Assembly (NCBI GenBank): GCA_963796455.1 | Contig: CAWCLO010000010.1 | Coordinates: 640,001 to 704,000 of the forward strand | From: Candidatus Sulfomarinibacteraceae bacterium | GTDB lineage: Bacteria; Acidobacteriota; Thermoanaerobaculia; Thermoanaerobaculales; Sulfomarinibacteraceae | DNA: 64,000 nucleotides | Reading direction: 5' to 3' | Shown here: positions 1 to 9,480 of the stretch, in pieces | How positions within the stretch are numbered: the stretch's first letter is position 1 | Layout of the letters: each line of letters opens with the position of its first letter | The notes under the pieces: model-generated | Told to the model about the DNA's origin: nothing | The model's database searches: none | The model's input: only the letters and a program-made list of their open reading frames with translations | Made by a program: the position numbers and the translations under genes

Positions 1-201
1 GAGATGGCTGCAGAGATCAACCAATCGGCGGAGAACATCGGTGCGCGGAGGCTGCACACGGTGTTGGAGCGGCTCCTGGAAGAACTCAGTTTTGATGCTC
101 CAGAGCGCGCCGGAGAGATGGTCGAAGTGGGTGCGGAGATGGTTCGCGACCGCCTTGGAGATCTGATCACCGACGGCGACCTCGCCCGCTACATCCTGTA
201 A
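1..201 (+). CDS. hslU: ATP-dependent protease ATPase subunit HslU, C-terminal fragment (5' partial)
   Basis: [21 protein letters not shown]...DLARYIL is the conserved HslU C-terminus. Confidence 0.93.
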   Translation, partial: EMAAEINQSAENIGARRLHTVLERLLEELSFDAPERAGEMVEVGAEMVRDRLGDLITDGDLARYIL

Positions 202-210
202 GCTACCAAC

Positions 211-1308
211 GTGCCCGCGCCCGTGCCCGTTTCCGTGCCCGAAAAGTGGCGAGTCGGCCTCGTCATCGCGCTGCTGACGCTGAGCGCCTGCGGTCGCCAA
301 GCGCCGCCACTGCCGCCCATCATCCGGGTCGCCGAGCGGACCTCCGATCTCTCCGCCTTTCAGAAGGGAGAGGAGGCGGTGTTGCGTTGGAGCTATCCGT
401 CGATGACGACCGCGGGAGAGTCTTTGACGGAAATCGAGGCCATCGAGGTCTGGCGGGCAGCCCTTCCCCTCGCCCAGGAACCGCCGCCGCCGGTATCGGT
501 TGAAGATCGGAGAATGCGGCGTCAGCTCCTCGAAGCGCAGGGTGAGGTGGTGGTGGTTCTGGTTCCCGATCAGTTGTCATCGGCGACCCGCGGACCGGAT
601 CTCTATTTCAGAGACGACCTCCGCCTGTTCAAGGAATCCATCGGGGAAACGACCTCCGGGATGGTGCTCTGGTATGGCGTGCGCACTATTTGCTGCAGGG
701 GCCGGGAGTCTGACCTCTCGAATGTGGTTCGTCTCGAACCGCAGGAACCGCCGCGTCCGCCGACGGATCTCCTGCTGACCGCCCTTTCGACGGGAATCGA
801 AATCTCGTGGCATCAGGACGCGGGGTTGAAGACCCTGGTTGAGCGCTCTTCGGAGGGCGCCACGTGGTCGCTTGTCAGCGGCGAGGCGATGGAGGGGCTT
901 GATTGGCGCGATACAACCGCGAGCCAGGGCCGGAGCTGGAGCTACCGGCTGCGCTCGGTTCGCGAGCTGCCGGGTGGCGGCAGGGTTGTGGGCCAGCCGT
1001 CGGAACCCTCCCGGGTCAGCCATCCCGACACCTACCCACCAAGGTCACCGGCCGAGATCGTATGTCTGCCGGAAGGCGCCACGGTTCGGGTTCGTTGGCG
1101 GGCTGCGCCGGGTTCGATCACCTATCGGGTCATCCGTCGCGGAGCTGATGACGTGGAGCTGCTGCTCTCAGACCAGGTTGAAGCCGTCGAATTCACCGAT
1201 CCCAGCCCGCCACTCGGGCCGATCACCTATCTGGTGGTGGCGGTCGACGACTCCGGTAATGCGAGTGGCTCGTCCAGTTGTTCGGTGGTGATGGGGGCGG
1301 TCCCGTGA
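211..1308 (+). CDS. Putative lipoprotein with fibronectin type III-like domains
   Basis: Hydrophobic stretch plus lipobox LSAC; FN3-like motifs (ISW...YRLRSV; VRW...YLVVAVD); exact GTG start uncertain because of GTGCCC repeats. Confidence 0.6.
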   Translation: MPAPVPVSVPEKWRVGLVIALLTLSACGRQAPPLPPIIRVAERTSDLSAFQKGEEAVLRWSYPSMTTAGESLTEIEAIEVWRAALPLAQEPPPPVSVEDRRMRRQLLEAQGEVVVVLVPDQLSSATRGPDLYFRDDLRLFKESIGETTSGMVLWYGVRTICCRGRESDLSNVVRLEPQEPPRPPTDLLLTALSTGIEISWHQDAGLKTLVERSSEGATWSLVSGEAMEGLDWRDTTASQGRSWSYRLRSVRELPGGGRVVGQPSEPSRVSHPDTYPPRSPAEIVCLPEGATVRVRWRAAPGSITYRVIRRGADDVELLLSDQVEAVEFTDPSPPLGPITYLVVAVDDSGNASGSSSCSVVMGAVP

Positions 1309-2117
1309 TGTCGGTTCTCTACAAGGTCGAGGGCGCGGGCAATGATTTTCTGCTCGGCATCGGCGACTGGTCGGATCGCCTGGCGGAAGAACCCGATCTG
1401 GTGCGGAGGCTGTGTCACCGCCGACTGGGGATCGGCGCCGACGGTGTGGTCGCGCTCGAACCGGAAGGGCGAGAGTCGGTGCGAATCGTCTATCGCAACG
1501 CGGACGGCGGAGTCGGTGCTTTTTGCGCGAACGCAACTCGATGCGCGGCAAGGGTCGCTGTCGAGATACTCGGTGGCGCGTCCCGTTTGACGGTTGTGAC
1601 CGGGTGGGCGGAAATTGCGGCTGAAGTCAACGGGTCCGAGGTCGCTCTCGAGCTGCCGGAGCCCGGTTCCCTCCCCATCCAGCCGGCCATCGCACCCGTC
1701 CCCGGCATCGGATCACCCAGCCTTTTGCGGCTTGGGGTGCCCCACCTCGTTGCCCCGGTGACCGGGCTCGATGATCTCGATATTCGAACGATCGGGCCGC
1801 ACTGGCGGTTTCATGAATCGCTGGGTCCCGATGGCGCCAACGTCAATTTCTATGAAGCCGAGGACGATGGTGCGATCGCTCTTCGCACCTGGGAGCGCGG
1901 TGTCGAGAACGAAACCTTGAGTTGTGGCTCGGGGATGGTCTCCGTTGCGTTGATCGTGATGGCCGAGCAGGGTCTCGACGAGTTGGTCCTCAAACCGGCT
2001 TCGGGTGATCGCCTGCGGGTGGATGCTCTCGGGGACCCGCCGAATTGTCGGACCCGGCTCACCGGGCCGACGAGGATTGTCGCGAAGGTCGATCCGGTGG
2101 CGGACCTGTTCGGATAA
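1308..2117 (+). CDS. dapF: Diaminopimelate epimerase
   Basis: GAGNDF, GIGADG, NADG..FCANATRC, GVPH, ERGVENETLSCGSG; TGATG coupling to the upstream gene. Confidence 0.92.
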   Translation: MSVLYKVEGAGNDFLLGIGDWSDRLAEEPDLVRRLCHRRLGIGADGVVALEPEGRESVRIVYRNADGGVGAFCANATRCAARVAVEILGGASRLTVVTGWAEIAAEVNGSEVALELPEPGSLPIQPAIAPVPGIGSPSLLRLGVPHLVAPVTGLDDLDIRTIGPHWRFHESLGPDGANVNFYEAEDDGAIALRTWERGVENETLSCGSGMVSVALIVMAEQGLDELVLKPASGDRLRVDALGDPPNCRTRLTGPTRIVAKVDPVADLFG

Positions 2118-2397
2118 AGATCACTGCTGTCCAAAACAGAACGTCACCTGAAACTTCCCACCTGACAACAAGTGTTTTACGGGTTGGTTTTTGGCATATC
2201 CGGTTCGCGGTTGCCCCGTGTCCGCGTCCGTGTCCGTGCCCGAATTGCAGCGGCAGCGACAGTGTCCAGGGTGCAGGGACAGCGACAGGAGGCAGCGTCA
2301 GCGGCAGGGATCAGCGAACAGGGAGCAGCGACAGGGAACAGCGGTCAGGAGTCCAGTCGGCGAAATGGCCACCTCCGGGTCGTTCAAAAGAAGGGGT

Positions 2398-2468
2398 AGC
2401 CGGTGGGCGGCCGATGTCAAGGACAGGCCGGGTGCAGGGCATCCTTGACATCGGCCGCCACACCGGCT
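2398..2468. other. Long hairpin upstream of the four-helix-bundle gene
   Basis: GGCGGCCGATGTCAAGGA (2406-2423) pairs perfectly with 2442-2459; extended 8 bp by 2398-2405/2461-2468 after a 1-nt bulge. Confidence 0.85.
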
Positions 2469-2502
2469 TGCGGGTAAGGGCATGAACGACCCGGAGGTGA
2501 CC

Positions 2503-2856
2503 ATGTCCAACACCGCCACGAACACCAACCTCGTTGCCCACTCGAAAGCCCTCGAAGCAGCAGGAATCGCGATCAAACTCGTGATGAGAGTTCCAGCTCC
2601 GCTGAAGTCGATAGCCGATCAGGTGATCCGGTCGGCAAGTTCGGTCCCTGCGAAGCTGGCAGAAGGGCACGGCCGAGTTGGTAGAGACCGGTCGAATCAC
2701 TGGAGAATCGCCTACGCCTCGGCGAAAGAGGTCGACAGCCACTTGCAGCTCCTCGCCCACGCCGGGGCGATCAGCCCGAACGGAGCCAGTGAAGCGATGA
2801 ACGCCTTCGATCAGGTCCGTGCCATGACATGGCGGCTGTTGAATCCGAAAATTTGA
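2503..2856 (+). CDS. Four helix bundle protein (TIGR02436 / 23S rRNA IVP / Avd-like family)
   Basis: DQVIRSASSVPAKLAEGHGR...IAYASAKE matches the family pattern DQxxRAxxSIxxNIAEGxGR...IAxGSxxE; GGAGG RBS at 2493-2497. Confidence 0.85.
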   Translation: MSNTATNTNLVAHSKALEAAGIAIKLVMRVPAPLKSIADQVIRSASSVPAKLAEGHGRVGRDRSNHWRIAYASAKEVDSHLQLLAHAGAISPNGASEAMNAFDQVRAMTWRLLNPKI

Positions 2857-3055
2857 GCGCTGTTACCCGTCGCTGCTGTTGAGAGCTGATCGCTGACCCT
2901 GACAATCGTTCGCTGACGCTGTCCGCCGTTCCCCGGCCCCGGTCGCTGTCAGAGACTCTGTCTTGGACAAGAGTGGATAAAGAAACAGAGTGAAAAGTTC
3001 AGGGTTCAGACAGGAATTGAGGCTCTACCCTAGAGCCTGAGTCCTCCACCGGCGA

Positions 3056-3562
3056 CTACGCCAGGAGTCGCCATCCAATGGCCAGGACCGCAGCGGCGAA
3101 GTAACCGGCGGCGAGGTCGTCGGCGACGATCCCGATGCCGCCGGGAAACTTCTCGAAGAGCCGGATCGGCCAGGGTTTGACCACATCGAAGAAGCGGAAA
3201 AGAAAAAACCCGGCGGTGGCAAAAACCGCCAGTTCGAGGTGGGTTGTCAGCGCGACAAAGGGCAGGGCCACCAGATAGGTCAACCACTGGCCCGCGGCTT
3301 CGTCGACAACGATCGGCCGCGGATCCTCGACCCCACGGCGCTGGGCCTCGATTTCCGCCGCCCATGTGCCGACGGCAGCGGTCAAAAAAAGCCCGATCGC
3401 TGTGATCACGATCCTGATCGAGGTGAGGGGCAGCGCCGCGCAGATCGCCCACCACAAAAGGGCCGGAGGCAGCGAGCCGACGGTTGTTCCGGGGGCCGGC
3501 AGCCGGTCTCCGAGACCGGCGAATGTCGCGATGGCGTGTGCGAGCTTCGAGTTGTTGGTCAT
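3056..3562 (-). CDS. pgpA: Phosphatidylglycerophosphatase A
   Basis: PAPGTTVGSL, DPRPIVVDEAAG, FRFFDVVKPWPI, GGIGIVADDLAAG. Confidence 0.92.
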   Translation of the reverse strand: MTNNSKLAHAIATFAGLGDRLPAPGTTVGSLPPALLWWAICAALPLTSIRIVITAIGLFLTAAVGTWAAEIEAQRRGVEDPRPIVVDEAAGQWLTYLVALPFVALTTHLELAVFATAGFFLFRFFDVVKPWPIRLFEKFPGGIGIVADDLAAGYFAAAVLAIGWRLLA

Positions 3563-4971
3563 GATTCGCCTCCGGTCAGGAGTTCGAGGAGTTTCTTGTG
3601 GAATTCTCCAAAATTGCCCGACGAGCAGCCTATCACCACATCGTTGGCCTCGAGCAATGGGTACAGAATATCTGCGGCAGCGTCGTCGGCGCCGGGCGCC
3701 AGGCACTGGACGCCTGCCGCGGCCAGGGACGTGACGATCTCCTTTCGATCGAGCGCCTCGCCCTCACCGAGCCGGGCCTGGTGGAAGGCCGGTGCGATCA
3801 GAGCCACATCGGCGTGCGAAAGGACTTCGGTATAGCTTGTTTGAGAGGATTTTCGGGCTGCGGTCAGCGAGCGCGGCTCGAAGGCGATGATCAAGCGCCG
3901 GTCGGGCCATCGTTGCCGCGCGGCATCGATCGTCACCATCAGGGCGGTCGGGTGGTGAGCAAAATCATCGACCACGATCACCCCGGCCCCTTCGCCGACA
4001 ACCTCCATGCGTCGTGCGACTCCCGGAAAGAGCCGCATGGCGGCAGCCGCGTCCACCGGGTTGACCCCCGACAGGATGGCTGCGGTGATGGCCATCGCGG
4101 CGTTTTGCAGATTGTGGAGCCCGGGCAACTCGAGTTCGAGTTCGAGTGTCTGATTACGCCACTGGAGCTCCGCGATGCTCTTGTCCGTCAGGCCCTGCCA
4201 CGATCGCAGGTGAAGATCACAGTCTCCAGTCGGGCCGACCATGATCACCGGAGCCATGGCGTCCCGGCTGGCGGCGACGGCACCTTCACTCCACGCGTTG
4301 ACCACGACAGCGCCGACCCCCGGAACCAGCGAGGCGCCGGCACGAAAGGCGGTCAGCACGGCGTCGAGGTTGGGGTAGAGATCGGCGTGGTCGAATTCCA
4401 CCGGTCCGATGAGAAAGAGGTGCGGGCGATAGTGGAGAAATTTGGCGCCCCGATCGAAGAAGGCGGAGTTGTACTCGTCTCCTTCGATCACCAGATGTGG
4501 GCCGCGGCCGAGGCGAAAGCCCCGCGGATTCCAGCGCGGCAAACCACCGACAAGATAGCTGGGGTCGGCGCCGGTGTGTTCGAGAATCCAAGCCAGCATC
4601 GCCGAGGTCGTGGTCTTGCCATGGGTACCGGCGACCACCAGGCCGTCGCGACCGTGTGCCAGGACATAGTGCGCCACGGCTTCGGCCTGTGAGAGATGGG
4701 GCATGCCCCGGGAGATCACCGCCTCGACCTCGGGATTTGACCGCGGGACGGCGTTGCCGATGATGACCCGGTCGATCTCCGCCGGCATCCGGGCTGGGTC
4801 GAAACCGAGACGGACCTGGATGCCGGCTTCTTGCAAAATAGTGCTCATCGGCGGGTAGAGATGAGCGTCAACCCCCTCGACCCGGTGGCCCATTTCGGAC
4901 AGGAGGCCGGCGAGAGGGGCCATTGCGGTGCCGCCGATAGGAAGAAAATAAAGGGACTCTTTTCTCGTCAT
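3559..4971 (-). CDS. mpl: Murein peptide ligase Mpl (MurC family)
   Basis: IGGTAM, GTHGKTTT, EGDEYNSAFFDRGAKFLHY, DDFAHHPTA and EPRS are Mpl-type rather than MurC-type motifs. Confidence 0.8.
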   Translation of the reverse strand: MTRKESLYFLPIGGTAMAPLAGLLSEMGHRVEGVDAHLYPPMSTILQEAGIQVRLGFDPARMPAEIDRVIIGNAVPRSNPEVEAVISRGMPHLSQAEAVAHYVLAHGRDGLVVAGTHGKTTTSAMLAWILEHTGADPSYLVGGLPRWNPRGFRLGRGPHLVIEGDEYNSAFFDRGAKFLHYRPHLFLIGPVEFDHADLYPNLDAVLTAFRAGASLVPGVGAVVVNAWSEGAVAASRDAMAPVIMVGPTGDCDLHLRSWQGLTDKSIAELQWRNQTLELELELPGLHNLQNAAMAITAAILSGVNPVDAAAAMRLFPGVARRMEVVGEGAGVIVVDDFAHHPTALMVTIDAARQRWPDRRLIIAFEPRSLTAARKSSQTSYTEVLSHADVALIAPAFHQARLGEGEALDRKEIVTSLAAAGVQCLAPGADDAAADILYPLLEANDVVIGCSSGNFGEFHKKLLELLTGGES

Positions 4972-5105
4972 GGCTGATCGAAACCGCACTCAGGGTGTCC
5001 TGGTTGGTATAAGTCCTGCAAAAATGCGCCCCCTGTTGTTGCGGGTCGTGCAACCCGCTCTTAAGATTGTCCCTGTTTGCTAGGAAGATGACAAGGAGGC
5101 TCTCA

Positions 5106-6134
5106 ATGAAGAAAACGCGATCCCTTTTTCTGATTGCCACGGCGATCGTGCTGGTGATTGGATTCAGCGCCGCCGTATCTGAAGCGGCTGATGGACCTAA
5201 ACTGACCGTTCCCGAGTTGCTCAAGGACATGGGTAAGGTGCCCCAGGGAGAGACCCTGGACGTCAATTTCGAAATGGTCAATGAGGGCGACGAGACCCTC
5301 GAAGTCAAGGCCGTTCGCCCGACCTGCGGGTGTACCGTTGCCGACTTCGATCGCGAGATCGCACCCGGCAAGACCGGTTTGATCAAGGCCAAGCTGGACA
5401 CCCGCGATTTCTCCGGGCCGATTTCCAAATCAATTCTGGTGATGACCAACGATCCGGTGAATCCGACCGTGACATTGGTGATCAAGACCGTCGTCCATCC
5501 CTATGTCGAGGTGCTGCCGAGAGCGATGGTCCGTTTCAATGCCGTGCAGCACGAGCCGATGGAGCAGAAACTGACGGTGGTCCCCGGCGATGACGTCGAG
5601 GATTTCAAGGTCACCGATGTCACGAGTAGCGTGCCCTTCCTGGTCGCGAGTATTCGGCCCCTGCCCAAGGACGAATTGCTCGCTGGCAAGCCATCGCCAC
5701 AGTATGAGATTTCACTTTCGATGACGGATGATGCACCGGTGGGCCCGGTCAACGCCGTTCTCGAAGTCCAGAGCAATCACCCCAAAGCGAAGAGGGTTCC
5801 GGTCAAGGTCTTTGGTGTTGTGCGTTCGCTGCTGCACGTCACGCCCTCGCAGGTTCAGTTTGGTTCGGTGGCGGCGAAGAAGCAGCCGGGCCGCAACCTG
5901 ATTCTCGTGAACAACCGCACCGGCGGGGTACCGATCAAGCTCACCGGAGCAAGCGTCAACGACCCGGCATTTCAAGCCGAGATCGTGACGATCGAAGACG
6001 GACGGCGTTATCAGATCACCGTGACCATCAATGCAGATGCCAATCCGGGACCGCGAGACGCTGTTTTGACGCTGAAGACGAGCGATTCCGAGTACCCGCA
6101 GCTCGAGGTGCCGGTGCGGGCGAATATCAGCTGA
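5106..6134 (+). CDS. Secreted DUF1573-like Ig-fold repeat protein
   Basis: Signal peptide; NEGDETLEV..VRPTCGCT...IAPGKTG motif; three beta-sandwich repeats. Confidence 0.7.
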   Translation: MKKTRSLFLIATAIVLVIGFSAAVSEAADGPKLTVPELLKDMGKVPQGETLDVNFEMVNEGDETLEVKAVRPTCGCTVADFDREIAPGKTGLIKAKLDTRDFSGPISKSILVMTNDPVNPTVTLVIKTVVHPYVEVLPRAMVRFNAVQHEPMEQKLTVVPGDDVEDFKVTDVTSSVPFLVASIRPLPKDELLAGKPSPQYEISLSMTDDAPVGPVNAVLEVQSNHPKAKRVPVKVFGVVRSLLHVTPSQVQFGSVAAKKQPGRNLILVNNRTGGVPIKLTGASVNDPAFQAEIVTIEDGRRYQITVTINADANPGPRDAVLTLKTSDSEYPQLEVPVRANIS

Positions 6135-6160
6135 AAGTTCTGAATCGAGGACACGAGACC

Positions 6161-6194
6161 CGGGGGGCGTTGCATTCGGCAGCGCCCTCCGTTT
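6161..6194 (+). terminator. Probable intrinsic terminator
   Basis: 13-bp stem CGGGGGGCGTTGC/GCAGCGCCCTCCG followed by a short TTT tract. Confidence 0.45.
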
Positions 6195-6323
6195 ACTGGT
6201 TGAGAGTCCAGGGTCAATCGACAAGCCGCCACCCGGTCTCAACCCTGACTCTTGAACCCTGACCAGAAAGTGCTGACTCGAAGGTCTGATGTTCGGGCCC
6301 GAGAGAACGATAGGAAATACCCC

Positions 6324-7385
6324 GTGCTGCGAACCCTCGGCATCGAAACATCGTGTGATGAATCCGCCGTTGCCGTCCTCGACGGCGATGGCCGGGTCCT
6401 GGTGCACCTTCTTTCGAGCCAGATCGAGGCCCATGCGCCTTTCGGTGGCGTGGTGCCGGAGTTGGCCTCCCGAGAGCATCTCAAGGCCCTCCCCCTACTG
6501 GTGGAAGAGGCCCTCGATGCAGCGGGAGCCTCACCCGAAATGGTGGCCGTGACCGCTGGGCCGGGTTTGATCGGAGCCTTGTTGGTCGGTGTTCGGTTTG
6601 CCGCAGCATTCGCTTGGGGTCGCGGTCTCCCTCTGGTGGCTGTCGATCACCTCGACGGTCACCTGGTGTCGCCGCTTTTGAGTCTGGATGGTGAGCCGGC
6701 GCGAACCGAGCCGAAACGAATGCTTGCTCTGGTCGCCTCCGGCGGCCATTCGAGCTGGTATCTCATCAACGACGGCGAGCGCCGGCTTCTCGGCCGCACC
6801 CGCGATGACGCTGCGGGTGAGAGTTTCGACAAGGTGGCGCAGGTGCTCGGGCTCGGCTATCCGGGCGGCCCGATCATGGACCGGCTGGCGCGATCCGGGG
6901 ATCCGGCTGCGGTGGCTCTGCCGAGCCCGAGCATCAAGGATGCTCCCTATGATTTTTCCTTCTCCGGGCTCAAATCAGCAGCGATCCGTTGGATACGCAG
7001 CAATGATCTCCCGGGAGCCGGAGAAACGTGTCCGGAGGTCATCGATCTGGCGGCATCCTTTGAGACTGCCGTGGTCGATCAGCTGTTGCGCCCCCTGCCC
7101 GAGTTGGCCGAACAACACCGGCCACTGGCGGTGGCGGCATCCGGTGGGGTTGCCGCCAACAGCCTGCTGAGGCGACGCCTGGTCGCGTGGGGTGAGGCAA
7201 ATGGGGTCGAGGTCATGCTCCCGGCACGGCCGTTGACCACCGACAATGGTGTCATGATCGCCCATGCCGGACAGCTGGCACGGCGACGGGGTCGTGAAGA
7301 CGATCCGCGACGATTGGATGCACGAGCTCGAGAGGTCTGGCAACCACCGGGAATGCGAAAAAAGATGTTGCCGATCGATGCTTGA
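6324..7385 (+). CDS. tsaD: tRNA N6-adenosine threonylcarbamoyltransferase TsaD
   Basis: LGIETSCDE, GGVVPELASREH, GPGLIGAL, HLDGH, TRDDAAGESFDK, FSFSGLKSA, TDNGVMIA. Confidence 0.95.
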   Translation: MLRTLGIETSCDESAVAVLDGDGRVLVHLLSSQIEAHAPFGGVVPELASREHLKALPLLVEEALDAAGASPEMVAVTAGPGLIGALLVGVRFAAAFAWGRGLPLVAVDHLDGHLVSPLLSLDGEPARTEPKRMLALVASGGHSSWYLINDGERRLLGRTRDDAAGESFDKVAQVLGLGYPGGPIMDRLARSGDPAAVALPSPSIKDAPYDFSFSGLKSAAIRWIRSNDLPGAGETCPEVIDLAASFETAVVDQLLRPLPELAEQHRPLAVAASGGVAANSLLRRRLVAWGEANGVEVMLPARPLTTDNGVMIAHAGQLARRRGREDDPRRLDARAREVWQPPGMRKKMLPIDA

Positions 7386-7440
7386 TGAACGGACCGGGTA
7401 GAATTCGCAGGGCCCGGTTTTTGAAAACGGAGGATGTTGA

Positions 7441-8133
7441 ATGAAGAAATCCGTAGCGCGTGAATATTACGAGGCCATTCTGGTGGCCTTTATCCTCGCG
7501 CTCTTCGTGCGGACCTTTGTGTTCGAGAATTTCAAGATCCCATCGGGTTCGATGGAGGACAATCTGCTGATCGGCGATCACCTGGTTGTCAACAAGTATG
7601 TTTTTGCCGACAATGCGGACTCGCTGTTGCACCGACTCTTTCCCTATCGCAGCCCGGAACGCGGAGATGTGGTGGTCTTCAAGTATCCCGAAGACACCCG
7701 GAGGGATTTCATCAAGCGTTGCGTGGCGGTGGCCGGCGACACGGTCGAAATCAAACGCAAACAACTTTTTATCAACGGCGAACCTCAGACCGAACCGCTG
7801 GTGGTTCACAAGGACCCACGAATCTTCGATGACAATCCCTCTGCGGGCGTTTCGTCAAGAGTGCGCGACAATTTCGGGCCGTTTACCGTCCCGGATCAAA
7901 CGATATTCTGTATGGGCGACAATCGGGACAATTCACTTGATTCCCGTTTCTGGGGGCCGGTGCCGCTGAACTATGTCAAAGGCCGGGCGGTTTTGATCTA
8001 CTGGTCCTATGAGGCCGGCCGCAACGACTGGCAATGGCGTGGCTTCGGTCATCGACTCAAGCAATTGGCCGGTGTTTTCTTCAATTTCTTCACCAAGACC
8101 CGCTGGGAGCGTGGCCTTCGGTTGATTCATTGA
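7441..8133 (+). CDS. lepB: Signal peptidase I
   Basis: IPSGSM, FIKRC, MGDNRDNSLDSRFWG. Confidence 0.95.
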   Translation: MKKSVAREYYEAILVAFILALFVRTFVFENFKIPSGSMEDNLLIGDHLVVNKYVFADNADSLLHRLFPYRSPERGDVVVFKYPEDTRRDFIKRCVAVAGDTVEIKRKQLFINGEPQTEPLVVHKDPRIFDDNPSAGVSSRVRDNFGPFTVPDQTIFCMGDNRDNSLDSRFWGPVPLNYVKGRAVLIYWSYEAGRNDWQWRGFGHRLKQLAGVFFNFFTKTRWERGLRLIH

Positions 8134-8199
8134 GCCGCTGAGTCTGAGTGGGATTCTGATACGATCGCAGTACAGGTCGGAGATCATGGAGGTTGCTGC

Positions 8200-8574
8200 A
8201 TGAAATCGTGGCGATATCAGCGCGGTGATGTTCCCGTCGGTTGTTTGGTCGGCGGAATTGTTGGGTTGATCGTGGTGATGATCGCGATCAAGGCGGCACC
8301 GGTGATGCTCAATGTCGGAGAGCTCGACAAAGAAATTTCGAACCTTGCGGATCGAGCCAATCGACGCGAGTATAACGACAAGCGGATAACCAACGACATC
8401 ATCAAAAAGGCCGAAGCGCTCGATCTTCCGGTGACCAAAAATGACATCAAGATCAAACGAACGTCGAATCGAATCAAGATCACCGTGACCTATACGAAAC
8501 CGATCAAATTTCCCGGCCACACCTATATGTGGAACAAGGTCCACGAAAAAGAGCGACCATTGTTTGACGCCTGA
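8200..8574 (+). CDS. Single-pass membrane protein, DUF4845-like
   Basis: QRG followed by an N-terminal TM helix; position after lepB is typical of DUF4845. Confidence 0.5.
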   Translation: MKSWRYQRGDVPVGCLVGGIVGLIVVMIAIKAAPVMLNVGELDKEISNLADRANRREYNDKRITNDIIKKAEALDLPVTKNDIKIKRTSNRIKITVTYTKPIKFPGHTYMWNKVHEKERPLFDA

Positions 8575-8593
8575 TCGGGGCGCCGGCCGTCGA

Positions 8594-9304
8594 TCAGGCC
8601 GGGGACCCCATCTCCTCGAGGATCGACTCAACCGCCTCGATCGGATGCGGTGAACGTGTGATCGGGCGCCCGATGACCAGGATGTTCGACCCGGCTTGAA
8701 TCGCCTCCGCCGGGGTGACCACCCGCCGCTGATCGTCGGCATCACTTTGGGCGGGTCGGATTCCCGGGGTCACGATCACGAATCGATCGCCGCAGAGGCG
8801 TCGGATCACCGCCGCTTCGTGGGCAGAAGAAACCACTCCGTCGACACCGCCATCGCGGGCCAACAGGGCCAGCCGTCCGGCCAGTTGTTCCGGTCGTTGT
8901 TTCCATCCGATTTCGTTGAGCGTTGTCTGGTCCAGGCTGGTGAGGACGGTCACCGCAACGACCTGAGTCGAAACCCCGGCTGACCCGGCTCGAACACCCT
9001 CCGTCGCAGCTTCAATCATGGCGGGCCCGCCGGATGCATGAATCGTGATCATCGCGGCGCCGGCAGCAGCACAATTCGTGGACGCGCGTCGCACCGTGGC
9101 CGGGATATCGTGAAGCTTGAGGTCGAGAAAGACCCGGGCGCCGGTCTCCGCCACCTCACCGACCAGATTGGGGCCGTGGGCCACAAAGGCCTCGAGCCCG
9201 ATCTTGAGCCAACCGACGTGACCCGCGAGGTCGCGGGCCGTCGAGAGAATCCAGTCGCGGTCGCTTCCATCCAGCGCGACACAGAGTGATTGCCGGTCTG
9301 CCAT
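8594..9304 (-). CDS. pyrF: Orotidine-5'-phosphate decarboxylase
   Basis: VALD, KIGLE, FLDLKLHDIPATV, VTVLTS, TPGIRP, VIGRPI. Confidence 0.95.
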   Translation of the reverse strand: MADRQSLCVALDGSDRDWILSTARDLAGHVGWLKIGLEAFVAHGPNLVGEVAETGARVFLDLKLHDIPATVRRASTNCAAAGAAMITIHASGGPAMIEAATEGVRAGSAGVSTQVVAVTVLTSLDQTTLNEIGWKQRPEQLAGRLALLARDGGVDGVVSSAHEAAVIRRLCGDRFVIVTPGIRPAQSDADDQRRVVTPAEAIQAGSNILVIGRPITRSPHPIEAVESILEEMGSPA

Positions 9305-9480
9305 TCTTATCGCCCCCCAAAACAGTCGTTGTCCGCTCGGCATCATACCGGGACCGGCGACATCGTGAGGAGATCAAAGCACCAAGAACCCTCTTTATGG
9401 TCGCTCAGAAGGAGCCGCGGTGGTTTCGCCGTCACTGGGCGCAGCGCACCAAGAGCCTATAACGCGGTACCATTCTGTTC

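Larger units (their letters stand above)
2122..2975 (+). mobile_element. Transposase-less, MITE-like element carrying a four-helix-bundle gene
   Basis: Imperfect 18-bp TIRs CACTGCTGTCCAAAACAG (2122-2139) and CTGTCTTGGACAAGAGTG (2958-2975), 15/18 match; direct repeat GATAAAGA at 2113-2120 and 2976-2983. Confidence 0.6.

Noticed and set aside
2445..2480. TTGACA as the -35 box for the four-helix-bundle gene
   Set aside because: No credible -10 hexamer 16-18 bp downstream; the hexamer is part of the hairpin arm.
2122..2975. Diversity-generating retroelement suggested by the Avd-like gene
   Set aside because: No reverse transcriptase and no TR/VR pair with adenine-specific differences seen in the window.
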